A DNA stretch of 63,332 bases, the filler included. It is 4 parts of 4 records of this genome, joined end to end, with 100 filler letters (N's around TTAATTAATTAA, not from the genome) between each part and the next. Parts side by side here need not be neighbours in the genome. Positions count along the whole stretch, not along the records: positions 32,886 to 58,167 come from SRR20825019_548; 3 more parts are not named here. One strand, given 5' to 3'. The translations under genes were made by a program, and so were the position numbers. Positions 47,024-56,401 of the stretch are shown here, piece by piece. How positions within the stretch are numbered: position 1 is the stretch's first letter; the number at the start of each line of letters is the position of its first letter. The notes beneath the pieces are model-generated. The model did not search any database. It was not told where the DNA came from and saw only the letters and a program-made list of their open reading frames with translations.

Positions 47024-47559
47024 ATATTCTTAATACCCATGTTTCTTCTTCGTTCAAATTTTTCCAACTCAAATTGAGCCAGGGTTTTATCATTTTTTAA
47101 CTCTCTTACTTTGTTAACTATTTTCATATACTCTTCAGAGGTTGTTATCTGCGTCCAAGAAATAATAGGGTTCAAGTTCAAAATTTCTTGTATCCTTCGA
47201 TCTAATGGTAAATGAGGGGGTTCAGGATAATCATCAATGCACCACTTGTATTTGAGCAAAAGATTTAAAATTTTTTGACTTACGCCAAAATTCAAACGTC
47301 CATTATTCAAAATACCATCAAATTTTTCTGTGTAGTCTGAGATTTTTTGAATGTTTTCAAGGTGATCAGCATCCCCTTTCATAAAACTAGCTCTGTATAA
47401 GGGTAGTATGTCCCTTTCCACAAAAGACTGGGTTTCAAGTTTAAAGACTTTTTTATTTTTATCATTAGCCAAAATAGTATAAATGTTGGCCCGTTGGAAT
47501 GCTGCTCCAAAGGTTAAAGTCCAAACCTCATTATTAATGAAGGAATCTTTTATTTTCAT
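47020..47559 (-). CDS. Hypothetical protein coupled to hsdR
   Basis: 179 aa; 4-bp overlaps on both sides; motif FGVSQKILNLLLKY...PPHLPLD. Confidence 0.75.
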   Translation of the reverse strand: MKIKDSFINNEVWTLTFGAAFQRANIYTILANDKNKKVFKLETQSFVERDILPLYRASFMKGDADHLENIQKISDYTEKFDGILNNGRLNFGVSQKILNLLLKYKWCIDDYPEPPHLPLDRRIQEILNLNPIISWTQITTSEEYMKIVNKVRELKNDKTLAQFELEKFERRRNMGIKNI

Positions 47560-48959
47560 TTTATGAATTTACCAAAATTGTAACCGACGCTTATACCAAT
47601 TGTATGTGCCTTATTTATTTCCCGCCATTGTAATTCAAAATTCACAGTTGGCTTTTCATCTTTGTCCTTTAGACTAAAAGGAATGCCTAGCTTCCAATTT
47701 CGGTTAATAACATCACCAAACAAAGCAACTTCATAAGCGGCGCTAAGTCCAACAGTATTATTAAACGTCAAGGTAGAAATTTCACTTCTAAAAAAGCTAG
47801 TTACAAACTCATTATAATCACCTATAAAAACACTCGTAGATGTTCCTTCCACTTGATTGGTGATATTATCTTGAATGATATTTTGAAATGAAACCGCTGA
47901 CTGACTATTTGCTGCAAAATTGTTAGTGTTTAAGAAAGATAGTTCACCCGTAAATTTAAAGCTCGACTTTTTTAAGAAGCACGTATAATTTTTATTACGT
48001 AGATAATTTCCGGTTATTTTTGCGTTCCAATTATTAAAATATTCACTAGTAGTAGTCAATGTGTCTAAGGTGCTGGTAATCTGTTGCCCTTTAATAGGAA
48101 TATAGAACTCAAAACTAGCCCAGGTTACACCAGCACTTGCGAATAATTGTTTAGACCTCATCATTTCAAGTTCCTTGTCTACGATCATTTCATAAAATTC
48201 CCTGTGTTTTTGTTGCAATAGTTCATTTTTGTTCTTCTCCTGCTTAGAGGGGTCATCTTCAGCATTGGCCATGATATTTTTAAGTCTCAAATCTGATTCA
48301 AAATTTGATTTTTTATACTCCTGTATTTTTTTTGTGACTTCTTTTTTTACTATTGAATTTCTTACATATTCAATTTTCTCTATTTTCCCTTCGTTTATGT
48401 GGCCATTGAATATATGAGTATATTTCGCTCCAATACCAATATCACTATTAAATCCATATTCGCCGTCATTTTTTGAATATATGGAGGAAAAACCGTCATT
48501 AAGTCCCGACTTAACGTATAGGTATAGAAGGTTTCCAGTTTTTCTTAAGGGTCTTAGGGACTTCAAGGCTTTTCTTTTTTCGCTATTACGATAGAAATTA
48601 TCAAATCTAAACGCTCCCCCAATGGTTAAGGTCTTATCAGATGAATTCGCGTTAATCGTATACTTACTAAAGGATAAATCGCCTGTACTATTGGCGTAAT
48701 TAGTAATTAAATCGGAAAAATACTTGTTTAAAACAGCATTGTTATAATACACAGTATCTTCTTTTTTTTCAGCTTCTGATTTTAGGGAATTCATATCTGA
48801 AATATAGCCATTAAAGGTTTCAGACTGCAAATCACTTAAGGTTGAAGGTAAATATTCGATTTGATTAAGTTTAGCCACTTTTTTGTAAACTTCCTCTTGT
48901 GCTTGAACAAAAAGGCTAGTGACTAGTGTAATACATAACGTGAACAAGGTCTTATCCAT
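47556..48959 (-). CDS. Secreted / outer-membrane beta-rich protein
   Basis: Signal peptide ...LFVQA-QEE; amphipathic beta strands; C-terminal IGISVGYNF. Confidence 0.7.
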   Translation of the reverse strand: MDKTLFTLCITLVTSLFVQAQEEVYKKVAKLNQIEYLPSTLSDLQSETFNGYISDMNSLKSEAEKKEDTVYYNNAVLNKYFSDLITNYANSTGDLSFSKYTINANSSDKTLTIGGAFRFDNFYRNSEKRKALKSLRPLRKTGNLLYLYVKSGLNDGFSSIYSKNDGEYGFNSDIGIGAKYTHIFNGHINEGKIEKIEYVRNSIVKKEVTKKIQEYKKSNFESDLRLKNIMANAEDDPSKQEKNKNELLQQKHREFYEMIVDKELEMMRSKQLFASAGVTWASFEFYIPIKGQQITSTLDTLTTTSEYFNNWNAKITGNYLRNKNYTCFLKKSSFKFTGELSFLNTNNFAANSQSAVSFQNIIQDNITNQVEGTSTSVFIGDYNEFVTSFFRSEISTLTFNNTVGLSAAYEVALFGDVINRNWKLGIPFSLKDKDEKPTVNFELQWREINKAHTIGISVGYNFGKFIK

Positions 48960-49052
48960 AATTCTAGTTTTTGGTTAGTGAAAATGGGGGAAGACAACTA
49001 AACTCAAGTTGTAAGAGACAAGATACTATTATATACCCAAAACCTATTGTAG

Positions 49053-49079
49053 AAAAACCCCAGAAATTCTAGGGTTTTT
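49053..49079 (-). terminator. Hairpin/terminator inside the hsd region
   Basis: AAAAACCC.AGAA-A-TTCT.GGGTTTTT inverted repeat with A/T tails. Confidence 0.5.
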
Positions 49080-49171
49080 GTGCATTCACATTCGCTCTTT
49101 CTATTATAAAAACCCTTGCCGAATCACCTCTTTGTAAAAGTTGGGTTTGTCCTTTCCGGTCTTTGCCACAA

Positions 49172-50353
49172 CTATTTCAATGTCGCCAAAGGTGCTTCAC
49201 TAACACTACAGATCTCCAAAAGCTTCTCTTTAACAAACTCAATCAATTCCTCTCGTTGGCTGGCATTAAATAGCTTGGAACGCTCACTTACATCATCAAA
49301 ATACAGTATATCCCTGTTATAAGGCCATATATTGCTTTCCCGAAAGCCCAACTGAAAGTAAGCATGTTGCCCCAAGACTTCTTTCAACGGTGCTCTTTCC
49401 ACTTTTTCTTTTGTTGCTATAATACCAAATATGGATTTTTGCCAGGGCATTTTGGATTGTCCTTCCAATTTGATGGAAATATTTTTTGGCCATTTGTCAT
49501 TGGAAATAATTATTCCCTTCCAAGACTGGCTCAAATCATCGTCCGCCATTATGTTCCAGTGGTCATCCAATGTACTTTTAAGTCTTGCCACAATCTCATC
49601 CACAAACTGTTTGGTAGTTTCCAGTTCCACATCGGAGATTGCATTGCTAATGGTTTGGGCTGCATTGTAGTTTTCCTTAACAAGCTTGTGCATTTCTTTT
49701 TCCATTACATCAGATAATTGATTGGTTAGTTTCTTTAATAAAATAATGTATTGCCGTATGGACTCCCTAAGAATCGGGTCTTCTGCGGATTCCTTTAAAC
49801 AGGCTTCCAGCCAGTCTATAATATCTGTTTTATACGAGAGACAATAATAATCCTTGTCCAGAACCAATTTACCTTTACTTTCTGATGAAGCATCGGAACC
49901 ATTGAGCGTTAAGTAGTATACCGTGTTGTTTTCTTTGTTATGGTTACAATAGCGTTGTATCTGAACATTTTGATCGGCTGCATAAATTTTATTCTCAATG
50001 CATATGCTGTTGACTTGGTCGGTTATGTAAATATCCACCCTGCCCCCTAATAGGTTGGCATCATTTCGTCTTCCTATATACTTTTCTAAGGTAACACTTG
50101 CTTTATCAAAACTGATGGTATCATTCCCCACGGTTTGCAGGAACAATTGTAAAAACAATTCTCCCTTTAAATGGGAACCTTTGGGGTTGAGCAATTCCCC
50201 TAAAAAAGCGGAATGTGTACCGTTCTCCTTGTGTTCCATGTTTAGGATGGAGAATACATTAAAGTTTTCACCTTTCAATCTCGACACCTCATTGTGGTGG
50301 GCAATGATTCGTTTGGCGTCCTTGACCAGTTTCTTTTCGTTGGTATACGTCAT
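49172..50353 (-). CDS. PD-(D/E)XK nuclease family protein (PDDEXK_4-like)
   Basis: HSAFLGELLNPKGSH, GRVDIYI, ICIENKIYAADQNVQIQRY. Confidence 0.88.
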   Translation of the reverse strand: MTYTNEKKLVKDAKRIIAHHNEVSRLKGENFNVFSILNMEHKENGTHSAFLGELLNPKGSHLKGELFLQLFLQTVGNDTISFDKASVTLEKYIGRRNDANLLGGRVDIYITDQVNSICIENKIYAADQNVQIQRYCNHNKENNTVYYLTLNGSDASSESKGKLVLDKDYYCLSYKTDIIDWLEACLKESAEDPILRESIRQYIILLKKLTNQLSDVMEKEMHKLVKENYNAAQTISNAISDVELETTKQFVDEIVARLKSTLDDHWNIMADDDLSQSWKGIIISNDKWPKNISIKLEGQSKMPWQKSIFGIIATKEKVERAPLKEVLGQHAYFQLGFRESNIWPYNRDILYFDDVSERSKLFNASQREELIEFVKEKLLEICSVSEAPLATLK

Positions 50354-50365
50354 ATTGGATGGTCA

Positions 50366-51574
50366 TTATCTAAATTTTCTAAAGGCTTGTATGGTTTGAT
50401 AAATTCCGTAGCCGATTACAATTCTTCCAAATATGTCAAAAAAGTAAAACCAATTACTGAATGAATATTTTTCCCCAAACCCTTCGCCAAGAAAATCAAA
50501 CCTATGCATAGGTAATAGGTAAGAACTATAAAATGGTATATTCTCATAAAGAATTTCCCAATCCAAGTTCATGGTCATTTCGTATTTGGAGGTACTGAGT
50601 ATTGTGAAATAATAGAACAAGCCCCCAAAAATTAGCGTAAAAAAGGCCGCTTGGAAATAGGACATCCCAAATCTGCTGGAGAGCCAATTTAATGATAGGA
50701 CAAACAAATTGGATATACAGGAAAGTATTGACTCCCCTCTTAATAATTTGGAAAGGTTTTCTTTTAAATAGGTTTCATTCTCAAGGGTTTTATACTCTAT
50801 GCTGTGTACGACGTTATTTTGGGAAATATGCTCTTGTTTTAAAATTCTGAATGTTTCCCTTTTATTTTTGATGGGTATTTCAGCATTTTGAGCGATTGCC
50901 CTTTCATAAGCTTCTTCATCAAGGTTTTTGTTCAAAGACTTGAAATCCTGAACATGAAAATCAAAGATGCCCATTTCACCTGAACGAATAGCCGTGGATA
51001 TATCAAAGCCCTTTTCAATTTTTGTTCCCCTTAAAAGAATGAGTTTGTCAATGAGGCAATAGGTAAAAAGCACATTCTCTTTAAAAGTTGTAGCGCTAAA
51101 AACTGTTGTCCCTAAAAATTCGGTTTTGAAGAAAATTGTTGGTGGATAAAAAATACTTCTCCAAAAATCAGCCAATTCATAAAAAGTTGTATTTCTAAAA
51201 TTTGCATAGTTATAAAAATGACATTCCCGAAATCTTATTTTGCCGCTCAAATATTTATTTTCAGCATCAACAAAATTAAATTTGCAACTATTGAACTGAA
51301 GATTACTTTCAGAATCTACAAGCTCTAGTAAATACTCAAACTGGCAGTTTGAAAAAGAAAAATGTTGCTTACCATTATTAGGTGAATATCTATCCTCCCA
51401 TTTTTCACTAGCTGATTCAGGTATTATTCTTTCTTCACTTATAGGTAGGGTCAATGGGAAGTTTATTGCTAAGTTTTTTACACCAAAATAGAAATCCTCA
51501 TCAACTTCAAAATAATTTTGTTTGAATAATTCCTCAAGTTCTTTCTCGCTATTGACTGGTTTTAACTCTTCCAT
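50366..51574 (-). CDS. Pentapeptide-repeat protein with C-terminal membrane domain
   Basis: ANFRNTTFYELADFWRSIF...TVFSATTF repeats; WLSSRFGMSY plus TM helices. Confidence 0.8.
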   Translation of the reverse strand: MEELKPVNSEKELEELFKQNYFEVDEDFYFGVKNLAINFPLTLPISEERIIPESASEKWEDRYSPNNGKQHFSFSNCQFEYLLELVDSESNLQFNSCKFNFVDAENKYLSGKIRFRECHFYNYANFRNTTFYELADFWRSIFYPPTIFFKTEFLGTTVFSATTFKENVLFTYCLIDKLILLRGTKIEKGFDISTAIRSGEMGIFDFHVQDFKSLNKNLDEEAYERAIAQNAEIPIKNKRETFRILKQEHISQNNVVHSIEYKTLENETYLKENLSKLLRGESILSCISNLFVLSLNWLSSRFGMSYFQAAFFTLIFGGLFYYFTILSTSKYEMTMNLDWEILYENIPFYSSYLLPMHRFDFLGEGFGEKYSFSNWFYFFDIFGRIVIGYGIYQTIQAFRKFR

Positions 51575-51576
51575 TT

Positions 51577-52692
51577 CTAGGCAAACATTTGCTGCAACAA
51601 CCCCTTTTTAAACTGTTGCGTTTGTTCTATTTGGCTTTCTACCACAGCTATTTTTATATCGATGGCACTTAAAAAATGGGCGATTTGGGTTTGTTCAGGT
51701 CTTATCGGTATATGCTTTTTAACAGCATGGACATCATTTCTATTTAATGTCGGTACAGTTGAGCCCGCGTTAAATCTTTCTAGTTTAAAAAAATGATATA
51801 AATAATAGATGAATTTAGGATAATTCCCTTTGAAATCTGTGACCCATAAAGAAGTATTATGTGGCCAAAATTTTTCGTTGATATAAGTAACCTGACCGAT
51901 GGTTCCTGATCTTCCAGTAATAACCCCAGGAGCATTTACTTTGAATTCTTTGTGCTTTCTTAGGATACCATTTGAATAAACTACTGGATAATCACCTTCA
52001 ATAATCTTTGATGTTGGTAAATCGAACCCCCTTTGTAATGGTGCAACATCTCTCATTTTTTGCTCCTTCCAATCAGGATAGGCACTCCCATCTTCTCGTG
52101 TAAACCGCAATTCCTGAGAGAATATTCGTTGCATCACCCCCTTTTTGTAGGCTTCCAACAACCTTTGCTTTTGTTGTAATTGGGTTATTTTTTTATCAAC
52201 CGCTGACAGGAAAGAGGCTATTTTTTGTTGTTCGGAGAAGGACGGGTAAAAGCATTTGATTTTACTGCAAACCTCCTGATTAAGTTTGGGTTGTGCAGTT
52301 CCAGTATTATACTTTTGATAATTTACGTTTTCAAGTGTGAGAGCCAAAAAATCAACATCATAATGCTTCTTAGGTTTTATTACATGAGCATGGTTATTCA
52401 CCCAACATTTTCCTGAAACCCTAAAAGCTAGAGGCAAATTTCTTGATAATATGTTTTCACCATCTTCTCCCAAAAGAACAATTTCATCATCAAAAATAAA
52501 ATCATTAACATAGTCTATGACCCCGGACGCACCATAATATGGATATTGACCCTGCATTTTAGCTCTGTCTGAACTTTTTATTGGCTTTCTTTTTCCATCA
52601 TAAAATTTAGATACATCTTCCAACTTTTTCTCTTCCCACTCCCCAGAAAACTCACCAAACCGTAATTTCGGCACCCGTTTTTGTTCTTCCAT
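51577..52692 (-). CDS. hsdS: Type I R-M specificity subunit
   Basis: VPKLRFGEF, EQQKIASFLSAVDKKI, KKGVMQRIF, KKGLLQQMF; two TRDs. Confidence 0.96.
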   Translation of the reverse strand: MEEQKRVPKLRFGEFSGEWEEKKLEDVSKFYDGKRKPIKSSDRAKMQGQYPYYGASGVIDYVNDFIFDDEIVLLGEDGENILSRNLPLAFRVSGKCWVNNHAHVIKPKKHYDVDFLALTLENVNYQKYNTGTAQPKLNQEVCSKIKCFYPSFSEQQKIASFLSAVDKKITQLQQKQRLLEAYKKGVMQRIFSQELRFTREDGSAYPDWKEQKMRDVAPLQRGFDLPTSKIIEGDYPVVYSNGILRKHKEFKVNAPGVITGRSGTIGQVTYINEKFWPHNTSLWVTDFKGNYPKFIYYLYHFFKLERFNAGSTVPTLNRNDVHAVKKHIPIRPEQTQIAHFLSAIDIKIAVVESQIEQTQQFKKGLLQQMFA

Positions 52693-52693
52693 C

Positions 52694-54256
52694 TTAAAAC
52701 GGTGTTTTTATGTTAAGTTGGTTACAGAATTCTGCAATAATGGCATCGGTTCCGGCAATGTCCTTTTCCAAAGTTTGCAGCTCATGGGCCACGGCATCCA
52801 AATCTATGGGGTTCTCTTCCTCAAAGGTGTCCACATAGCGAGGGATGTTCAGGTTGTAATCGTTTTCGGCCAACTCGACCAAACTCGCTACGTAACTAAA
52901 TTTGTCTTTGGCACTTCGGGTGCGGTAGGTGTCTATAATGGCTTCAATATGCTCCTCGGTCAGCCTGTTCTTATTGCCTTCTTTCTCAAAACCTTGCGAG
53001 GCATCAATAAACAAAATGTCATCGTTGTGTACTCTGCATTTGCTCAACACCAAAATACAGGTGGGGATGCTTGTGCCGTAAAATATATTGGCGGGCAGGC
53101 CTATCACGGCATCCAAATAATTCAGTTCCTTTATCAGGTATTCCCTGATCGTCCCTTCGGCACTGCCCCTGAACAAAACGCCATGCGGCAACACGCAGGC
53201 CATGGTACCGTTTTCCGCCAATTGGTACAGCATGTGCTGCACAAAGGCAAAATCGGCCTTACTGGTGGGTGCCAAACGCCCGTATTGGCTAAAGCGTTCG
53301 TCGTTTTCGTTCAAGGGGTTGTTCTTTCCCTTCCATTTGGCGGAAAATGGCGGGTTGGCCACAATGGTCTCAAAGCGCATGTCCAAATGCTGGGGTTGTT
53401 CCAGCGTGTCCTCCTGCCTAATATCAAAATGCCTAAAATGGACATCGTGCAAGATCATGTTCATCCGTGCCAAATTGTAGGTGGTCCGGTTGAGTTCCTG
53501 TCCGAAAAAATCATCCACGGGCACTTCCCTGCTCACACGCAACAGCAAGGAGCCGGAGCCACAAGTGGGGTCGTACACGCTTTTAAGGCGTTTCTTGTCC
53601 GTCGTCACTATTTTTGCCAATATTTTAGAGACCTGCTGCGGGGTATAAAACTCCCCAGCCTTTTTCCCGGCTCCACTGGCAAACTGGGAAATTAGGTACT
53701 CGTAGGCATCGCCCAAAACATCCGCTTCGGCATCTTCCAAGGCAAAGTCTATTTTGTCCAAATGAAACAGCACTTTGGAGATAAGGCTGTTTCGGGCTTC
53801 GGTGCTTCTTCCCAGTTTGGTGCTGTTGAGGTCCAGATCTTCAAAAAGTTTGTTGAAATCGTCCTCGCTTTCCGTGCCCATGGTACTTTGCTCAATGCTA
53901 TTGAGAATGCTTTCCAGATCGGCAAGGATAAAGTTGCTCTCGTTTTCGGTATTGGCATTCCCTTTTTTGGCGATGGAGCTAAAGAGTTCATCAGGTTTAA
54001 GGTAATACCCCAACTTTAATAAGGATTCCTCTTTAATGGCTTCCAAATCGCCAGCATTGGTAACCAAAAGATAATCCTTGACTTGCTCAGTTTCCAATAA
54101 CGTATTGGCGTACAGGTATTGTTTCTCGGAAAGGTATTTGTAGAAAATAAAGCCTAGAATATAATCTCTAAACTCGTCGGCATCCATTTTGCCTCTCAAC
54201 TCATTGGCAATGTTCCATAATTGCGTTTCCAGCAGTTTCTTTTGATCTTCGGACAT
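52694..54256 (-). CDS. hsdM: Type I R-M methyltransferase
   Basis: LWNIANELRG, GEFYTP, YDPTCGSGSLL, ANPPF, YNLNIPRYV. Confidence 0.97.
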   Translation of the reverse strand: MSEDQKKLLETQLWNIANELRGKMDADEFRDYILGFIFYKYLSEKQYLYANTLLETEQVKDYLLVTNAGDLEAIKEESLLKLGYYLKPDELFSSIAKKGNANTENESNFILADLESILNSIEQSTMGTESEDDFNKLFEDLDLNSTKLGRSTEARNSLISKVLFHLDKIDFALEDAEADVLGDAYEYLISQFASGAGKKAGEFYTPQQVSKILAKIVTTDKKRLKSVYDPTCGSGSLLLRVSREVPVDDFFGQELNRTTYNLARMNMILHDVHFRHFDIRQEDTLEQPQHLDMRFETIVANPPFSAKWKGKNNPLNENDERFSQYGRLAPTSKADFAFVQHMLYQLAENGTMACVLPHGVLFRGSAEGTIREYLIKELNYLDAVIGLPANIFYGTSIPTCILVLSKCRVHNDDILFIDASQGFEKEGNKNRLTEEHIEAIIDTYRTRSAKDKFSYVASLVELAENDYNLNIPRYVDTFEEENPIDLDAVAHELQTLEKDIAGTDAIIAEFCNQLNIKTPF

Positions 54257-54297
54257 GAAGTGTATTTAATTTTGGGTAAGGGAAATCGTATTGTTCC

Positions 54298-54305
54298 CAA
54301 ATATA
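54298..54305 (-). promoter_or_regulatory. Bacteroidota -7 promoter element for hsdM
   Basis: TATATTTG about 42 nt upstream of the hsdM ATG. Confidence 0.55.
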
Positions 54306-54414
54306 TGGAAACATTCGGGTTTAAGGGTAGCTTACAGATGGGCACCGTGGTGAAAGGGTGCGCTCCGTCATTTAATGGCGAAGCCATTCACTCCACTGGC
54401 CTCAGTTGTTTTTT

Positions 54415-54513
54415 GAGTCTGCTGCTGGAATCGAACCAACAATCTCACCTTCACAAACCAACTTATTCGTTTGGCTTGTGGAGGGGACGCTTTAACCATT
54501 AAGCTAGCAGACT
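54415..54513 (-). ncRNA. tRNA-like RNA with extended anticodon arm
   Basis: AGTCTGC/GCAGACT acceptor; TA; GCTT-AATGGTTA-AAGC D-arm; 43-nt hairpin; GTTGG-TTCGATT-CCAGC T-arm; no encoded CCA. Confidence 0.75.
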
Positions 54514-55335
54514 TGTTAATTTCATAATTATTTCAGTTTCATCACTAGTATTAAATCGACCAAACTTAGTATTGAGATAATTTTTCATAGCGTTTTCATA
54601 GCGTTTTTTGTCATTCTTGAGTTTTTTTAACCCTTTAAAAGTTTTTCCATCATCTTCCTTTGATTTGTTCAGCAAAATCTGAGCAATTATCTTGTTGTCA
54701 GGCTTATTTGATGTAGACAAAAGAAAAGCTATATGTTTGACAATGTTTGTTAATATCAAGAAGTCCGAGAAATTAATATTGTCAATTTTATTAGGCAAAA
54801 TAGATAAGTGTAATTCTGATAAAAAGATATTTTGGTTAGAGAGGACCTTTTCATATCGAACTTTCAATTCCTTTTTATCTCGGTCCGTATGCGCCATATA
54901 ATTTCTTACAATTCTATAATATTCGTAAGCATGAATCAAATCGCTTGGAAGGGTTATGCCAGTATTCAATAAGGTACTATGCAATTTTGTTTGTCCATTT
55001 ATTGGCTCTATCCATTCTTTTTCGGGAAAGTACTCTTTCCATTCATTTTTGAAATCTTTTAGAAACTGCTCCGATTGCTGGAAAACAGATGCAACGTAGT
55101 ATTGTCTTATTCTTGAGCTGAATTTGAAGAAATCAACTTCGTCTACTTTTACCTTATGTTTTGTTGATAGCTGTTGAATATATTTTCTTGAATCTTGTTT
55201 ATTTGCATGTTCGATAAATTCTTTAATAGCGATTTCATTACACTCCACGACTGCATCAAACTCACCGAGTATCTTTTTTAACTTTCGGTAAGAATAATAT
55301 GAAAATTTAGTAATATCTAAGTCCCTATCTGGCAT
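54499..55335 (-). CDS. HEPN-like RNase (RxxxxH)
   Basis: All-helical; YVASVFQQSEQFL and YRIVRNYMAH, i.e. E...R-N-x3-H. Confidence 0.65.
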   Translation of the reverse strand: MPDRDLDITKFSYYSYRKLKKILGEFDAVVECNEIAIKEFIEHANKQDSRKYIQQLSTKHKVKVDEVDFFKFSSRIRQYYVASVFQQSEQFLKDFKNEWKEYFPEKEWIEPINGQTKLHSTLLNTGITLPSDLIHAYEYYRIVRNYMAHTDRDKKELKVRYEKVLSNQNIFLSELHLSILPNKIDNINFSDFLILTNIVKHIAFLLSTSNKPDNKIIAQILLNKSKEDDGKTFKGLKKLKNDKKRYENAMKNYLNTKFGRFNTSDETEIIMKLTSLLA

Positions 55336-56401
55336 TGGTTATTTTTGATTCTAGTAATTTTATCTTGTTTTCAAGATTTCTTATTTCCTGCACATCCAAT
55401 TTAAGTTTCTTCATATCTTCTCGTATTCCATTTTCTCCATCTTCATTTACTTCAGCGTCATCTTCTGGTTGGACAAAGTCCACAGCACCACCTTTTTGAG
55501 TAAAATCAATCAGCTTAGTAATTGATTTTTTTAGTGCTGCAACTTTATCTCCTTCTTGTTCTGCGTTAAGTCCAATTTTTTCTATAGCCGTCTCAAGAAT
55601 GTTTTGGATACCACTCTCTTTTTCTTTGTCAGCTTCTTTTTTAATTTCTTGTTCAATTTTTTTATTACTTAGTTTCATAGTTTTTAACTCTTCAGCCTTT
55701 TTAAGAATTTCGAGCACTCTTTCAGCTACTTTCAATCCCGCAAGCAGAATAGTTGATACAGAAGTTGCCACACCTGCAAATACAGCCATTTCTATTATCA
55801 CAGAACCTTTTTGCGCACCAATAATGTTAAAGTCTTCAGGGCTTCTGTTTTGAGCCATTGCGATTCCACGGCCAATGTCATACCAAGCTGCCCCCAATTT
55901 CTTAAAGTCATTTATATTGTTCATTGCTGAACCATCTTGAAAGTACACTCGCATTAAAACGGAATCTTCTGGTAATTCTTCATCGTCTTTCAATGAGAAT
56001 GACTTACTGAGCGTGGTTTCTATTTCGCTAAGTGTGGTTTGGGCATTCGCAATTTTACTTGAAAACTCACCTATTTTTTGCGCAGCAGTTGCTATGTCTA
56101 AATTATTCTCATAAAGAACATTTTCAATATTCGATATACCTGCTTGTCCTAATATTACTATGATTTCAAGTTGTTCTAAAAAGCTAATTTGTTCAAGGGT
56201 CAGTGAATTGAGGTTTATGGTACCTAATGCATTCAGCAAGTTTTCTTTGTCTTGCTCAAAAGGTTGTTTCGGTTGATTGTTGTTGGATTTTGCATTTTGA
56301 TTCATCTTATTATGCAAATTCTTGTAATAGTTTGGAATCTTTTCGTCTACAATATTTTCCTGAAACCAATGAGTAAGTCTTAATAGTTCTTGTATTTGCA
56401 T
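55325..56401 (-). CDS. Hypothetical coiled-coil protein with central hydrophobic segment
   Basis: 358 aa; 11-bp overlap with the HEPN gene; VIIEMAVFAGVATSVSTILLAGL. Confidence 0.8.
   Translation of the reverse strand: MQIQELLRLTHWFQENIVDEKIPNYYKNLHNKMNQNAKSNNNQPKQPFEQDKENLLNALGTINLNSLTLEQISFLEQLEIIVILGQAGISNIENVLYENNLDIATAAQKIGEFSSKIANAQTTLSEIETTLSKSFSLKDDEELPEDSVLMRVYFQDGSAMNNINDFKKLGAAWYDIGRGIAMAQNRSPEDFNIIGAQKGSVIIEMAVFAGVATSVSTILLAGLKVAERVLEILKKAEELKTMKLSNKKIEQEIKKEADKEKESGIQNILETAIEKIGLNAEQEGDKVAALKKSITKLIDFTQKGGAVDFVQPEDDAEVNEDGENGIREDMKKLKLDVQEIRNLENKIKLLESKITNAR

Noticed and set aside
54415-54513. Canonical tRNA-Val(CAC) with a 26-nt intron
   Set aside because: It would need C at position 33 and a mismatched anticodon stem. 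There is no bulge-helix-bulge, and bacterial tRNA introns are long self-splicing introns. Kept as tRNA-like instead.
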